Position numbers and translations under genes: made by a program. The notes beneath the pieces are model-generated. The model was not told the origin of the DNA. It ran no database searches and saw nothing but the letters and a program-made list of their open reading frames with translations. Positions 20,003 to 30,200 of a stretch of DNA of 64,000 nucleotides are shown here, in pieces. Position 1 is the first letter of the stretch. Every line of letters begins with the position of its first letter. Source of the stretch: a virus; the IMG/VR virus record IMGVR_UViG_3300025168_000034, positions 101,610 through 165,609 of that record. One strand, written 5' to 3'.

Positions 20003-20922
20003 ATGTTCATTTTATATTTTATCAAATCAAAAAAGCTAAGCTGTTGAGCTTGCTCTAACATGCTTAGCATGCCTTTGTGTCCAGTTTCATTTGGATCTTT
20101 ATCTTTCAAGTCTGTGTAGTACACCTCTATGCCATTGTTGATGAAGTACTCTATCTCTTCCAGACTATCCTTATATGCGTCTGGATCCAAGGCTAGGTAA
20201 AGCTTAGGAGGTCGCTCACTTAAAATACGTGATCTTAGTGTTGGAAGTATCTTTTTACCAAACAATGGAATCACGTTACGCTTTGTTGATATTGCATCGA
20301 ATGCACCCTCCACTATTACAATAGGCTCTTTCCAGTTTATATGGCTACCAAATCCAATAACATCCTTTGATACTGGAGGATTCTTGTGTTTATGGTCTGT
20401 ATCATAGAAGCTTCTACCAGCATAGTAGTTTAGGAATCCATCTTCATCAAAGCTAGGCACTACTAACATGCCTCCATAAGGGCCATCTTCACAATATCCT
20501 ATCTCATACTTGACTATATCAATAGGAGAAAGCCCTCTCTTATGTACTGCATAATGTATAGCGTTTCTATAGTGTGGAGTGTTCCTTTGGTTGTGTAGTG
20601 GTTTGTATTGCTCTGGCAAAGAGTATAGTTTGTTGGATTTCTTCTTTTGTGTTGTAACCTTTACATCACCATAGACTTCTCGTATTTTAGGGAAAACATA
20701 CTCAGGAGCTTTGCTTTTCTTTAGAAGTGAGTTCACAGTCTGACCACGCGCATTGCATACCCAACAATGCCATTTTTGCGTCAAGACATTAACTTGCAGC
20801 TTCTTTTTGTGATGATTACAGAATGGACAGTGAAAGCTCTTTTCTCCATTTTTATGTGGCGTAGATCTTCCTAAATGTCCATGTAGTACCTTCATCACAA
20901 CCTCAGTTTGTGATACATTCAT
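19999..20922 (-). CDS. DNA primase (Zn finger + TOPRIM)
   Basis: CPFC...HCWVC zinc domain; IVEGAFDA; ALDPDA; KDPNE. Confidence 0.9.
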   Translation of the reverse strand: MNVSQTEVVMKVLHGHLGRSTPHKNGEKSFHCPFCNHHKKKLQVNVLTQKWHCWVCNARGQTVNSLLKKSKAPEYVFPKIREVYGDVKVTTQKKKSNKLYSLPEQYKPLHNQRNTPHYRNAIHYAVHKRGLSPIDIVKYEIGYCEDGPYGGMLVVPSFDEDGFLNYYAGRSFYDTDHKHKNPPVSKDVIGFGSHINWKEPIVIVEGAFDAISTKRNVIPLFGKKILPTLRSRILSERPPKLYLALDPDAYKDSLEEIEYFINNGIEVYYTDLKDKDPNETGHKGMLSMLEQAQQLSFFDLIKYKMNI

Positions 20923-20926
20923 AGAC

Positions 20927-20959
20927 TAAATATACGGAAAACTATTCGTTTAACCAACT
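20927..20959 (-). promoter_or_regulatory. Putative host-sigma (Bacteroidota-type) early/middle promoter AGTTG-N20-TATATTTA
   Basis: Same bipartite motif and 20-nt spacer at 53193-53223 and 55115-55145; resembles the TTG...TAnnTTTG consensus. Confidence 0.6.
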
Positions 20960-21349
20960 ATTTGGTATCTCTTTGTTACTGTAAATAAAGTTGTTTTTTA
21001 CACACCAATCTGCGTATGTGGTTTTTGACCCTTTTCTAATCTTGTTGTTTGCATTTTGAAACACAAACCTTATATCTAACTCAGGATGCTGACTTTTTAT
21101 TAAGACATGCTTCTGCCTATCTGCTAATACAAATCTACCCTTTGTCTCAATAAAAATTCCATTTGGAAGTTTGAAGTCGGGAGTGTATGTGTGGTTGGTA
21201 GCTGGTTTTGAGTATGATATTTTGTGTTGTTCATACTCACCACTGACACCACGACTCTTGAGTGATTTATCTATATCCTCCTCTAAGCCACTCCTAAACC
21301 CATGCTTCTTAGCTATTGCTCTTTTGCTTGATTTTTTTCTTCTGGCCAT
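20942..21349 (-). CDS. T7 endonuclease I-like Holliday junction resolvase
   Basis: FRSGLE, YTPDFKLPNGIFIETKGRF, QHPELDIRFVF, TTYADWC. Confidence 0.93.
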   Translation of the reverse strand: MARRKKSSKRAIAKKHGFRSGLEEDIDKSLKSRGVSGEYEQHKISYSKPATNHTYTPDFKLPNGIFIETKGRFVLADRQKHVLIKSQHPELDIRFVFQNANNKIRKGSKTTYADWCVKNNFIYSNKEIPNSWLNE

Positions 21350-21708
21350 AACTGTTTTATTTTGTAGTTTCGATCGAATAACTTAGCTGATGTTTCTTTC
21401 ATTCCGTACAGACTGATTACCAAATCTATACTATCCTTCTCGAAGGTCTTGCATGAATAAATATCTAGTTGATAGTCCAAACTATCGTCCCACGTATGTA
21501 TAGCAATGTGTGATGTTGTAATGATACCAACTCCAGATACTCCTGGATATTCGTTGGGTTCGTATCCTACAACTGGATTCATAGGCATTCCTTCTACATA
21601 ACGCATATCAAGAGCTATTACCAATTTATCAATCAAATCCTTCACTTGATCTGTTGTAAGCTTTTCGCTAAGCGTTCCCTTGGATATGAGGTGTTTGTGG
21701 TCTAACAT
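21313..21708 (-). CDS. speD: S-adenosylmethionine decarboxylase proenzyme (pyruvoyl)
   Basis: GVSGVGIITTSHIAIHTW...LDIYSCK; Ser cleavage site in T-S-H. Confidence 0.85.
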   Translation of the reverse strand: MLDHKHLISKGTLSEKLTTDQVKDLIDKLVIALDMRYVEGMPMNPVVGYEPNEYPGVSGVGIITTSHIAIHTWDDSLDYQLDIYSCKTFEKDSIDLVISLYGMKETSAKLFDRNYKIKQLWPEEKNQAKEQ

Positions 21709-21709
21709 G

Positions 21710-22372
21710 TTAGTAAACTTTTAAAAATGATAGCATTTTAGGTTCGTGCAAATATTCTAAGTGATCAATTCCAAAGTACTTTGCTTTAGTCTTGGACTGC
21801 TCATACTCGTCAAAACTGTCTTCCGCAATGAGTGGTTTGAGATCTGCATATACCTGCTCCCAATCTTGGTTAAGAATTAGATCTTCTAAAAAGACAACAT
21901 GTTGCTTGTATAACTCAAAATCGTGAAAGTCGTGTTCGATGTGCATTAATTCAAAAACCTTGCCATCTTCTATCCAATCGATACAAAAGTCAGCCATATA
22001 CTTAGGTTTAATGTTAACTAACTTTTGGAGACGTTTGTTGTGTTTTGCAAACTCTTTAAGTTGTTCTAAAGCTTCGCCAGCGTATCCGTATCTGGTGTTT
22101 AGGTGGCAGTGGTCTAAGAAGATGTGTGCGTGTGGCACGTCTTGAGACATCCAGTCTTGAAAACATGCTGAGGCGTCTGTTGGACGTCCAGGTACGAGTA
22201 TGTGTCCAGGAATGTTTGACTGTTTGTGATACTCTCCCTCTACGTAAGTTAGCTCATAGCCAATACGATCGAAAAAGTCTGGAATAATCATTTTATCAAA
22301 GACGGTTTCATCTTCTAAAGGTTTTGTAATATATGGATAATCGACTAGTTTGTAATTAAGTTTATTTATCAT
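21710..22372 (-). CDS. Hypothetical protein
   Basis: 220-aa ORF coupled to speD; no recognisable motif. Confidence 0.6.
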   Translation of the reverse strand: MINKLNYKLVDYPYITKPLEDETVFDKMIIPDFFDRIGYELTYVEGEYHKQSNIPGHILVPGRPTDASACFQDWMSQDVPHAHIFLDHCHLNTRYGYAGEALEQLKEFAKHNKRLQKLVNIKPKYMADFCIDWIEDGKVFELMHIEHDFHDFELYKQHVVFLEDLILNQDWEQVYADLKPLIAEDSFDEYEQSKTKAKYFGIDHLEYLHEPKMLSFLKVY

Positions 22373-25298
22373 ATCTGACTATAAAGGTTGTATCTACGTT
22401 ACTTGGTAATTTTAATGGGAATCCTAGTTTTGCAACTGCTAACATTTCTCCATACTCATTATATAATCCAATTGCTGTTACGTATGGTTTGAAGTCTGAT
22501 CCAGTTGTGAATGGTCTAAACTCGTATTGGTTTGATGCAGGATTGTATTCTTGTACTGTTGGATTATTACTTCGATTAAACTCTCCTGCCCCAACTGTGC
22601 ATGCTATTTCTTTTTCATAAATTGTATGAGTTCCTCTTGCTACGACTTCTTTTATGTCCATGTATCTTGATATAATTGATCCAAGTACCATTTGTCCGTG
22701 ATTATAAAACACATTGCCTACAATTGTTGTAGCTCGTCCTAGTGTATGGTAAGATAAAAATCTATCGTTACTACTCATTAATCCAGCATACATTTTAATA
22801 TTGTCAATTAACCCATCAAATCCTTGGTCCGCTGACACACTGTTACCTATGTGTATATCAGACTTATTAGAGCATGCAGCTCCATCTATAACATCAGGTG
22901 AGGTTGTTTGTAGTACGTTATCAATATACATCATCAACGTAGAAGAGCTTAGTTGGCATGTTACGTGATGCAGTTGATTCAATGTTAAGCTACCAGAAAC
23001 TTGGGCTTGTTCAAATAAATTATCGCGCTTAAAACGTAACATCGTACTTCCAGAATCCATAGTAATAGCATATGGTGTTCGATTGTCGCTTTTGTATGTG
23101 AAGACATTACCATTTATATCTACTCCATGATTTTCAGAGGTGCCTTGTTTGTTTAAGATAGCAGACCCTGAAGGATGTATTGAGTGAGCGGTAGGTCTTA
23201 TCATGAAAGTGATTGTAAAATCGTTATTCTCAAAATTGTAAGACTGTCTATAGTTTTGTACAGTTGAAGGTTGTATGTGTATGCTTGATGATAAGCTGCT
23301 ACTAAACGTAGGAACAACTCCTAGTAAGTCAATAGGTTGAGGTATTGGTATAGTGGCTCCAGCAATATCTGTGAATTTTATATTTTTGTAATGAGTTTCC
23401 ATTACCCAATTACCGCGATTAAAGCTGCTAGTTAAGTTAATTGCACCTTTACCGTTGTATTTGTACAAATCTCGAGTAGGCCACTCTCCTACACTATTAA
23501 TCGATAACGACTCGCTCACCCTTGTAGATGGAGATATTGGTGAAATTAATCCTCCAGACACAAAAAGATTACCACTTAGGTCGTCTTTTATTTCTATGGA
23601 TTCATTATTACTACCACTTATATTGTAATTTGCTTTAATTGACAAAGAGGATTGCTGAATACCCTCTCCAAACTTTGTTTGTGCAAGATTAACAATATAT
23701 GCTTGATCTTCTAAATCTCTAATTTGAGTGTTTATATTCCCATTACCAAATGCTGCTTTTGTGTTGCTATAAAAATCTTCATAAAATAAATGGTTTACAG
23801 ATTTGTGTACAACACGTTGAAATTTTTTATTAACTGTAACGGGTTCGTAGTATTGGAAGTGTGGATTGCCTTGGTCGAATAGTGTGTTAAGGGGGTTGTA
23901 GCTTGGATGTGATGGTGTTGGATTGTAATCTGCTTTATACACAGAAAAGGTTGGTTCTGAGTTTACATCAAATTGAATAAACCTTTCGCTATATGATGAG
24001 CTAAATCCTATAAAAATATCTGAACTTGATGCATTAGTTTTTAATGTGGTTCCAATTTGCAAATCTCCTTTTGTAGCTCCAAAATGATCTGGGTCAGATA
24101 TTGCATATGTGTCGGGGTTAATTGTGAAAAACACAGACTCTTTCAAGCTGTTAGTAGATCCAGCAAATATTCCTATTGTTGCTGGTGTTTGATTGGTTTG
24201 GATTGTGGCTTTGACTTTGGGCTTTAATGCTACCCACTGTCTTGCATCAATTACTTTATCAAATGACGCTACATTGTACGGTGTATCTACAGCATATAAA
24301 TCAATACCAACTTGTCCATCATTATATACAACATGCACTTTACTCTCTTGTAAAGTTGACGATCCAGAAATAAAGTTAGTTTTATCTATTAAAATGTCTG
24401 CAACGTTGGATGTTATTAGTTGAGATATTGCGGTGTCCTTAACACAAAACAATTTTCCGTCCTCAAACAATGCAAAATATCTATTCTGGGTTCCACAATA
24501 TAAAAAGGTTTTGAGAGCTGTTGGTGTTGTAGCTCCATAAACACTTGCTCCATATACAGCGTATCCAAACGCACTACCTGGACTTACTGATGAGCTAAAG
24601 CTAGCTGTTAGAGCTTGTGGAAGTGATCCAGTAAATGATACGGCATAAGCTCCTAATGATCCGGAAGCTGCTATTGCTAACACTTTGTCGTTTATAGTTT
24701 TACCTTCTGCATTTACAGCACTAAACGACGCTGTTAAGCCTGCATCAATAGACGAAGGCATAATTAACCCTTCAACACCTCCAAAGTTTCCTGTGCTAAC
24801 AGCAAAAGTCTTTGATGTTACACCTAGAGTTCCAGCAACAAAAACAGTATCTTTTGCTCCGCTGGATAACTCGCACACGGATATACTCTTTACGTCTGTT
24901 ACCTTTGAGCTTGTGTATGGTGTTCCTTTTACAAGTAGATTGTTGTATGGATCTACTGCTCCAAAACCATTTGCAGTTGCTGCTGCATGTATATATTGCT
25001 GTGTGTGCCCTATACCATAAGCAGTTACTCCGTTTGGATTTGGTGTTATTACATCGTTTAGAATTTCATAACCGTCATCCTGGTTTAGACGTAATAATCT
25101 GCTACTACTAACATCAGTGACGTAAAGTCCTCTAACTCCAGCCTTACTTGATCCTTCTAATGATCCAACACTAACTGGGCTAGCCTGAACATTTGAGTAA
25201 TAGGTTTTATAGCAAACAGTGCTAAACCATTTCTTATGTGCTCGAAAAGGCGTAAGCCTTATATCGGATGCGTCTAAATTTTTAAAAACTCCTGCCAT
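22362..25298 (-). CDS. Virion structural protein with LamG/concanavalin-like domain
   Basis: DFTITFMIRP...LHHVTC...MYIDN...IHIG...FDGLIDNIKMY; C-terminal PYVTAIGLYNE...LAVAKL shared with 25376-26455. Confidence 0.75.
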   Translation of the reverse strand: MAGVFKNLDASDIRLTPFRAHKKWFSTVCYKTYYSNVQASPVSVGSLEGSSKAGVRGLYVTDVSSSRLLRLNQDDGYEILNDVITPNPNGVTAYGIGHTQQYIHAAATANGFGAVDPYNNLLVKGTPYTSSKVTDVKSISVCELSSGAKDTVFVAGTLGVTSKTFAVSTGNFGGVEGLIMPSSIDAGLTASFSAVNAEGKTINDKVLAIAASGSLGAYAVSFTGSLPQALTASFSSSVSPGSAFGYAVYGASVYGATTPTALKTFLYCGTQNRYFALFEDGKLFCVKDTAISQLITSNVADILIDKTNFISGSSTLQESKVHVVYNDGQVGIDLYAVDTPYNVASFDKVIDARQWVALKPKVKATIQTNQTPATIGIFAGSTNSLKESVFFTINPDTYAISDPDHFGATKGDLQIGTTLKTNASSSDIFIGFSSSYSERFIQFDVNSEPTFSVYKADYNPTPSHPSYNPLNTLFDQGNPHFQYYEPVTVNKKFQRVVHKSVNHLFYEDFYSNTKAAFGNGNINTQIRDLEDQAYIVNLAQTKFGEGIQQSSLSIKANYNISGSNNESIEIKDDLSGNLFVSGGLISPISPSTRVSESLSINSVGEWPTRDLYKYNGKGAINLTSSFNRGNWVMETHYKNIKFTDIAGATIPIPQPIDLLGVVPTFSSSLSSSIHIQPSTVQNYRQSYNFENNDFTITFMIRPTAHSIHPSGSAILNKQGTSENHGVDINGNVFTYKSDNRTPYAITMDSGSTMLRFKRDNLFEQAQVSGSLTLNQLHHVTCQLSSSTLMMYIDNVLQTTSPDVIDGAACSNKSDIHIGNSVSADQGFDGLIDNIKMYAGLMSSNDRFLSYHTLGRATTIVGNVFYNHGQMVLGSIISRYMDIKEVVARGTHTIYEKEIACTVGAGEFNRSNNPTVQEYNPASNQYEFRPFTTGSDFKPYVTAIGLYNEYGEMLAVAKLGFPLKLPSNVDTTFIVRYDK

Positions 25299-25311
25299 TA
25301 CATATAAATAT

Positions 25312-25351
25312 GTCGATAAAGCAAATCCCTTCCATTATGTTGAAAGGGATT
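25312..25351 (-). terminator. Rho-independent terminator
   Basis: AATCCCTT/AAGGGATT inverted repeat (25324-25351), followed on the minus strand by T-rich TGCTTTAT. Confidence 0.6.
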
Positions 25352-25375
25352 ATTGGCTAGTTTGATTATGTGATT

Positions 25376-26455
25376 TTAGTAGTCTAGCTTAACCTTCACT
25401 AACGCCTCTCTGTTAAAGCTTTTTAGTAATGGTTTGCTTAATTTAGCTACAGCTACCAGTCTATTATTGTCATCGTACATTCCGATTGTTGTAACATATA
25501 CACTTGGATTTCTCAACATGCTTGCATGTTTAAATTGGCCAGTGCTTCCAGATACAAAGGTTGGATTGTTTGAAAAATTAAAATTCTTATTCGTTACACG
25601 GACAAAGTAGTGTGTAGACGTTATTTTCTCTTCGCTTCTTGCGGCAAAGTATGTAGATGCTGAGATGTACATTGAAGCAGTTACAGAGTTTTTAGGTTGT
25701 GTTCCAGCTGCTGATAATGTTGTTGCATTACCAGTATTAAAGTCCATCCCTGTCTCTGTTTTTAGTCTTGTTGCGTTAAACACTAACACACCATGATCTG
25801 GATAAAATAATCCATACTGAGTATTAGATGCTGTTACAGCTCCGGAGCCACTAAAAATACCAACTACACGTCCAGCTTCGTTTACTGTAGGTGTTTCTTC
25901 TTCTCCACTATTATCAATAAATGTTAGGTATGAGTTGATTCCATTAAAAGCAGTTAAGGCTTCTGATGCAGATGCTATTCTTAACTCCCAGTTTCCTGGA
26001 TCAATTTTTTGTCTGAATCTAGCTCTAGCAACATTAATTACTAAAATATCGTCAGGTGTATCACTTCCAAAAGTAAATGCAGTATCTGTGGGTGGTAAGA
26101 GTTGGTTTCGGTATTGTGAGTATATTGCTCTGGTAGGAGTATCGTTTGCGTTTTGTCCTACAGTATTAGGATCTCCAAAAGACCCGCTTCCTAGTCTGTT
26201 TCCATAAGCTACAGCAAACTGGACAGCTGCAGTAGCTGACTCATTCGTGTCTTGTGGATTTCTGTGAAATGTATTTACATAATAATCACCAGACTGCGAC
26301 ACCTGTGCTGATGATGTAAAGAACCCTATTCCATAGGATCCACCGTAAGACTGTGAATATGGATTCATATTTTCAGACCATACTGGTTGTGACACTGTTT
26401 GAGTATCTCCAGGTACTATGTCATCTCCTTGAAAATCTTTATATATTTCTGCCAT
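25376..26455 (-). CDS. Virion structural protein (baseplate/tail), paralogous C-terminus to 22362-25298
   Basis: NFNFSNNPTF...VYVTTIGMYDDNNRLVAVAKLSKPL...VKLDY. Confidence 0.7.
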   Translation of the reverse strand: MAEIYKDFQGDDIVPGDTQTVSQPVWSENMNPYSQSYGGSYGIGFFTSSAQVSQSGDYYVNTFHRNPQDTNESATAAVQFAVAYGNRLGSGSFGDPNTVGQNANDTPTRAIYSQYRNQLLPPTDTAFTFGSDTPDDILVINVARARFRQKIDPGNWELRIASASEALTAFNGINSYLTFIDNSGEEETPTVNEAGRVVGIFSGSGAVTASNTQYGLFYPDHGVLVFNATRLKTETGMDFNTGNATTLSAAGTQPKNSVTASMYISASTYFAARSEEKITSTHYFVRVTNKNFNFSNNPTFVSGSTGQFKHASMLRNPSVYVTTIGMYDDNNRLVAVAKLSKPLLKSFNREALVKVKLDY

Positions 26456-26466
26456 TTTGTTTTTAT

Positions 26467-27213
26467 TTATCTAATAGATGTTGCTGTAGTGATGTCTAAT
26501 GTTGTGAATTGAGTTGGATCTACAGTCACAACTACTGTTTTAAATCCACCAGTTTCGTTTCCTACAATTGTAAGTAATGCTTTTACGGTTTTGGTTGTAT
26601 CAGCTTGTGGCTTAGCTTTAATAATAAACTTGCTTCCAGTTCTAGTAATTGTTTTACCAGTCGTTGAGGTGCCAGTAATTTCGTCATCTATAAAGCTAGT
26701 TGCTGCTGCTGATAAATCTGCGTTTCCTGGATTGCTTCCAATAGCTGATGTTTGTCTTCGTGCTTTAGATACGGCACCATCTGGAGCTACTTCTAAAGTT
26801 GCAACAGTATCGTCGCTTAGAATACAAGTGTATCCATTTGTAGAATTAGCACCTTGCAAGTTTAGTGTGCTTGGCGCAACAGTTATCTCTTGTGTTAGAG
26901 ATGTGAATGTTACAGCTGATGGTGTAACACTAATGACTGGAATACCGATAACATCCTTAGGCAAAGTAATTAGCTTGTATCGCAACATTTGCGTTTCATC
27001 GGGAAGTGCTTCTAAAACTGGCATGTCTTCTATAACTTTGCCATAAAAATTAGTCCCTAATGTATGAGCTGGATTCCATAAATCGTAATCTACTTCGTCA
27101 TCTGATAATGCGAATTTTACGATGTTTAGTCGGCCTCCTGCCGCCAGGATCTCTCGTCCTTTATTGGTTAAGATTGCGTCTACTGTGACGGTTGTATTAT
27201 CTAAATATCCCAC
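26467..27213 (-). CDS. Virion structural protein
   Basis: GTG start; VDAILTNKGREILA...KFALSDDEVDY motif typical of tail/baseplate proteins. Confidence 0.65.
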   Translation of the reverse strand: MGYLDNTTVTVDAILTNKGREILAAGGRLNIVKFALSDDEVDYDLWNPAHTLGTNFYGKVIEDMPVLEALPDETQMLRYKLITLPKDVIGIPVISVTPSAVTFTSLTQEITVAPSTLNLQGANSTNGYTCILSDDTVATLEVAPDGAVSKARRQTSAIGSNPGNADLSAAATSFIDDEITGTSTTGKTITRTGSKFIIKAKPQADTTKTVKALLTIVGNETGGFKTVVVTVDPTQFTTLDITTATSIR

Positions 27214-27266
27214 GTGTAATAAGTTTTATCTTGTTTTATATAAATATGCAGTTATTAAGAAAAACG

Positions 27267-30200
27267 TTATCTAATATCAAACGTACCTGCCTGCTTTCCT
27301 GGTTTAACTGCTAATTGTTTTCCTCCACCTTCTGTTATTGTAATTACCGGTCCTCCATCTACTGTATCTGGACTATCTACATTATAATCTGTAGATGTTA
27401 GTTTACATCCTTCGTATCGAGCATTCACCATTCCTTTAGCATTCCATAAGTGGTAATCTTGCACAGATTCGAAGTAGTTTAGTGGTTGCACATGAAGATC
27501 TTTGACCACAACAAATCCAGCTCCTATTTTTCTTGTTTCGATTGTAATTACTAAATTTGGCCCATCTGCTTGTGTTATAAAATTAAAAGATCCTGTTCCT
27601 GATGTCACTGCAAAATTTAAGTCGCTAATGCTTACAGCTTTTGTATATTGTGATCCTTCTTTTCCAAACTGGAATGTTACTACTGCATTGTCATTACCTC
27701 CGCCAGTAGCTGAAGTTCTAAAGTTTCCGGAAACTCTGTAGCGGTAATCTTTTGTAGATGCATCTTGTCTTTCACTAAAAAAGCTATTAAGCAAAACTGA
27801 TCCAGTAAAGCGTCCACTAGTGGTGTTTCTAAAATTTAATCCGTTATAAGGTCCGTTGTTTGGATCTACACCACTTCGGGATCCACTTAATTGCCAGTAC
27901 GTTGTAGTGTTAAATGGCGAAGCATATTGTGTAATATTATCGTAAGAGCTTGATAATCGTAAGCCAAAATTAGTTATCCATACATTTTTATCGACATCAG
28001 CTGAAGATGTGAGTAGTGTGTTAATGCTTGCTGTTACTATTCCGCTATATGCTACGGGATACAATTGTTCAAGTGCTTTGTAGCTCCAAATGTCTTTTTG
28101 ATATTTAGCTTCGTCTGGAGAGCTTCGTTCGCTAAATCGACTTGTTAATATTGTTGGGTTTATTGCTTCCCAAGCGTCATAACGACTTGCTGTTACAGAT
28201 CTCAATACTCGAGGATTACTACCACTCGAATTGTAAGTCATATAAATATACTTACTTCCTTCGTATCGTGAGTTGTGGCCTGCACCATTAGTTCCTAAAT
28301 CTACAGCAGTACCGTCTACCATTTCAAAGAATGTTCCAGTAGGTTCACCGGTCATATCAATAGGAGGAGTGGTTTCTGCAACTACACCGTATATGCCTGT
28401 TGGTTTTAGTATGTTGAGATCAATAGAAGCTGTATTTTGCTTTGGCAATAAATCTTGTGCTGTTCCTTCAATTTCTAAATAATCAGATAGATCACCTCCT
28501 ATGGTTGCTGCAGCCACATAATGAGTTAGTGGTTGGTTTGTTGGATCTTCTACCTCACCTTTTATAGGAAACACTTTTTCTGGACTTAAATCTAAAGATG
28601 CTGTTAGTAGTAAATCTTCAGCTACCGGGGGTGGAGTTGGTAATTTACTACGCTCTAAGATTGTAGGCTCAATTAACAGTCCAGTTTGTGTGTTTGCTCT
28701 ATATGGAACGAACTGCTTAATTAGCTTAAACAGTGCTGCATTGTAGTGTTGTAGTAGTCGAATATATTCGTTTGGTTTATTTGTTCCTTTGTATTTTTTA
28801 GAATAAACTCTGGCTAATGATTGCAAATCTGTATAGTCATCTAAGCCTAGTTGTGCTGGATTACCTATAAAATCATCAATGCTAATTCCACCAAATTGCT
28901 CTGCAATGTCTTGGTTGACTTCGTTTGTTGGTGATAAGAATACACCTAACTTTGAATTGTCGGGAGGGTTGTTATCGGTAAGAGGTTTTTCTACTTTATT
29001 GTCTTTAAATAATTGATTGCTAGCTAAAGTAGTGTTGTCGATGCGAATTTTTGTGGAAACACTTCTGTTTGCTCCTAAGTCAGGCCATTCTAGTGAGTTT
29101 TGTTCTATTACTCTAAAGTAAGCTGAGCTTGTTACGTTGTAAAAAGATGCTGATGGTTGTACTAAATTTTGATTAGGATGCTGAGAGTTAAAGCTGCTAG
29201 TTGTTGGATAATAATCATCTAGCGTTGTTTTATTGTCTGTACCTAATGTTAATCTATATAGTAAGCTGTCAAAACTTGAAGTGCTTCCAGTAAACACGCC
29301 ATCAGTATTACCTTGAAAGCTAGTTGGTGTTAGTGTGTGATTGTCTAAAATTGCATCTTGCAACTCTGATGACCACATTCTAAATTCCTGAACACTACCT
29401 GATAGGATATTCATTGAATGCGAGTCTGCTAATTCAAAACTTCCAGATCCAGGTATCCACAAAGATCCGGTGGTTAGAAAGCTTCCATTATACGATTCAG
29501 ATGTATTTCCGTCAATAAACAAAGAAGCAGTTGTTGTTGATGTTATTTTATTGTATCGTGACGTTTTGACAATTAAAGTGTATGTTTGATCACTTCCAGA
29601 TAATTCAGTTTGGTTCTCTCTACGTAACGCTACATGATGCCATCTTGTGTCTTGATCGGTGTATGGGTCTTCTGTGTTAGTATCGTATATTGATGAACTT
29701 ACACTTGCAGTAGCCCATTGATTTGCAGCTCCACTTCCGCTTAAGAAAATTCCTATATGCTTTTTGCTTGCGCTCTGAAATGCTTCAATTTTCCACTTGC
29801 CAGGAACCTCCATAATGGTTTGATTCTTGGTTTGATTGTCAGCCATGCGGACACGCATTTCAATAGTTTGTGCAAACTTACTACTACCACTTAATGGTTG
29901 CCACGGTACTTCAATTTGTTGCGCTGGTAGTCCTGAGGTTTGTCTATTGTATCCAGCTACAAAAGCGTAATAGAAACGATCATATACAAGATCTGATTTT
30001 TTATCAAAACCTCCCTCATGTCCTCCATATTCTTTTATACGTAGGATTGTTTCTGGGATTCCAAAACACGTAATTAAAGCTCGTAAACACCTTTCGGTAC
30101 CTTTAGTTCGTACAAGAAAAGGAAGGTTGTTAATTAAACGCTTCCAAGTCTCTTTCATGGTATCTTCTGTGGACGTTTGGTATAGTGTGCTTACGCTACC

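Noticed and set aside
28241-28248. Internal TATTTATA copy inside the 1553-aa gene (another at 62973-62980)
   Set aside because: Intragenic and expected occasionally by chance in AT-rich DNA; not counted as promoters
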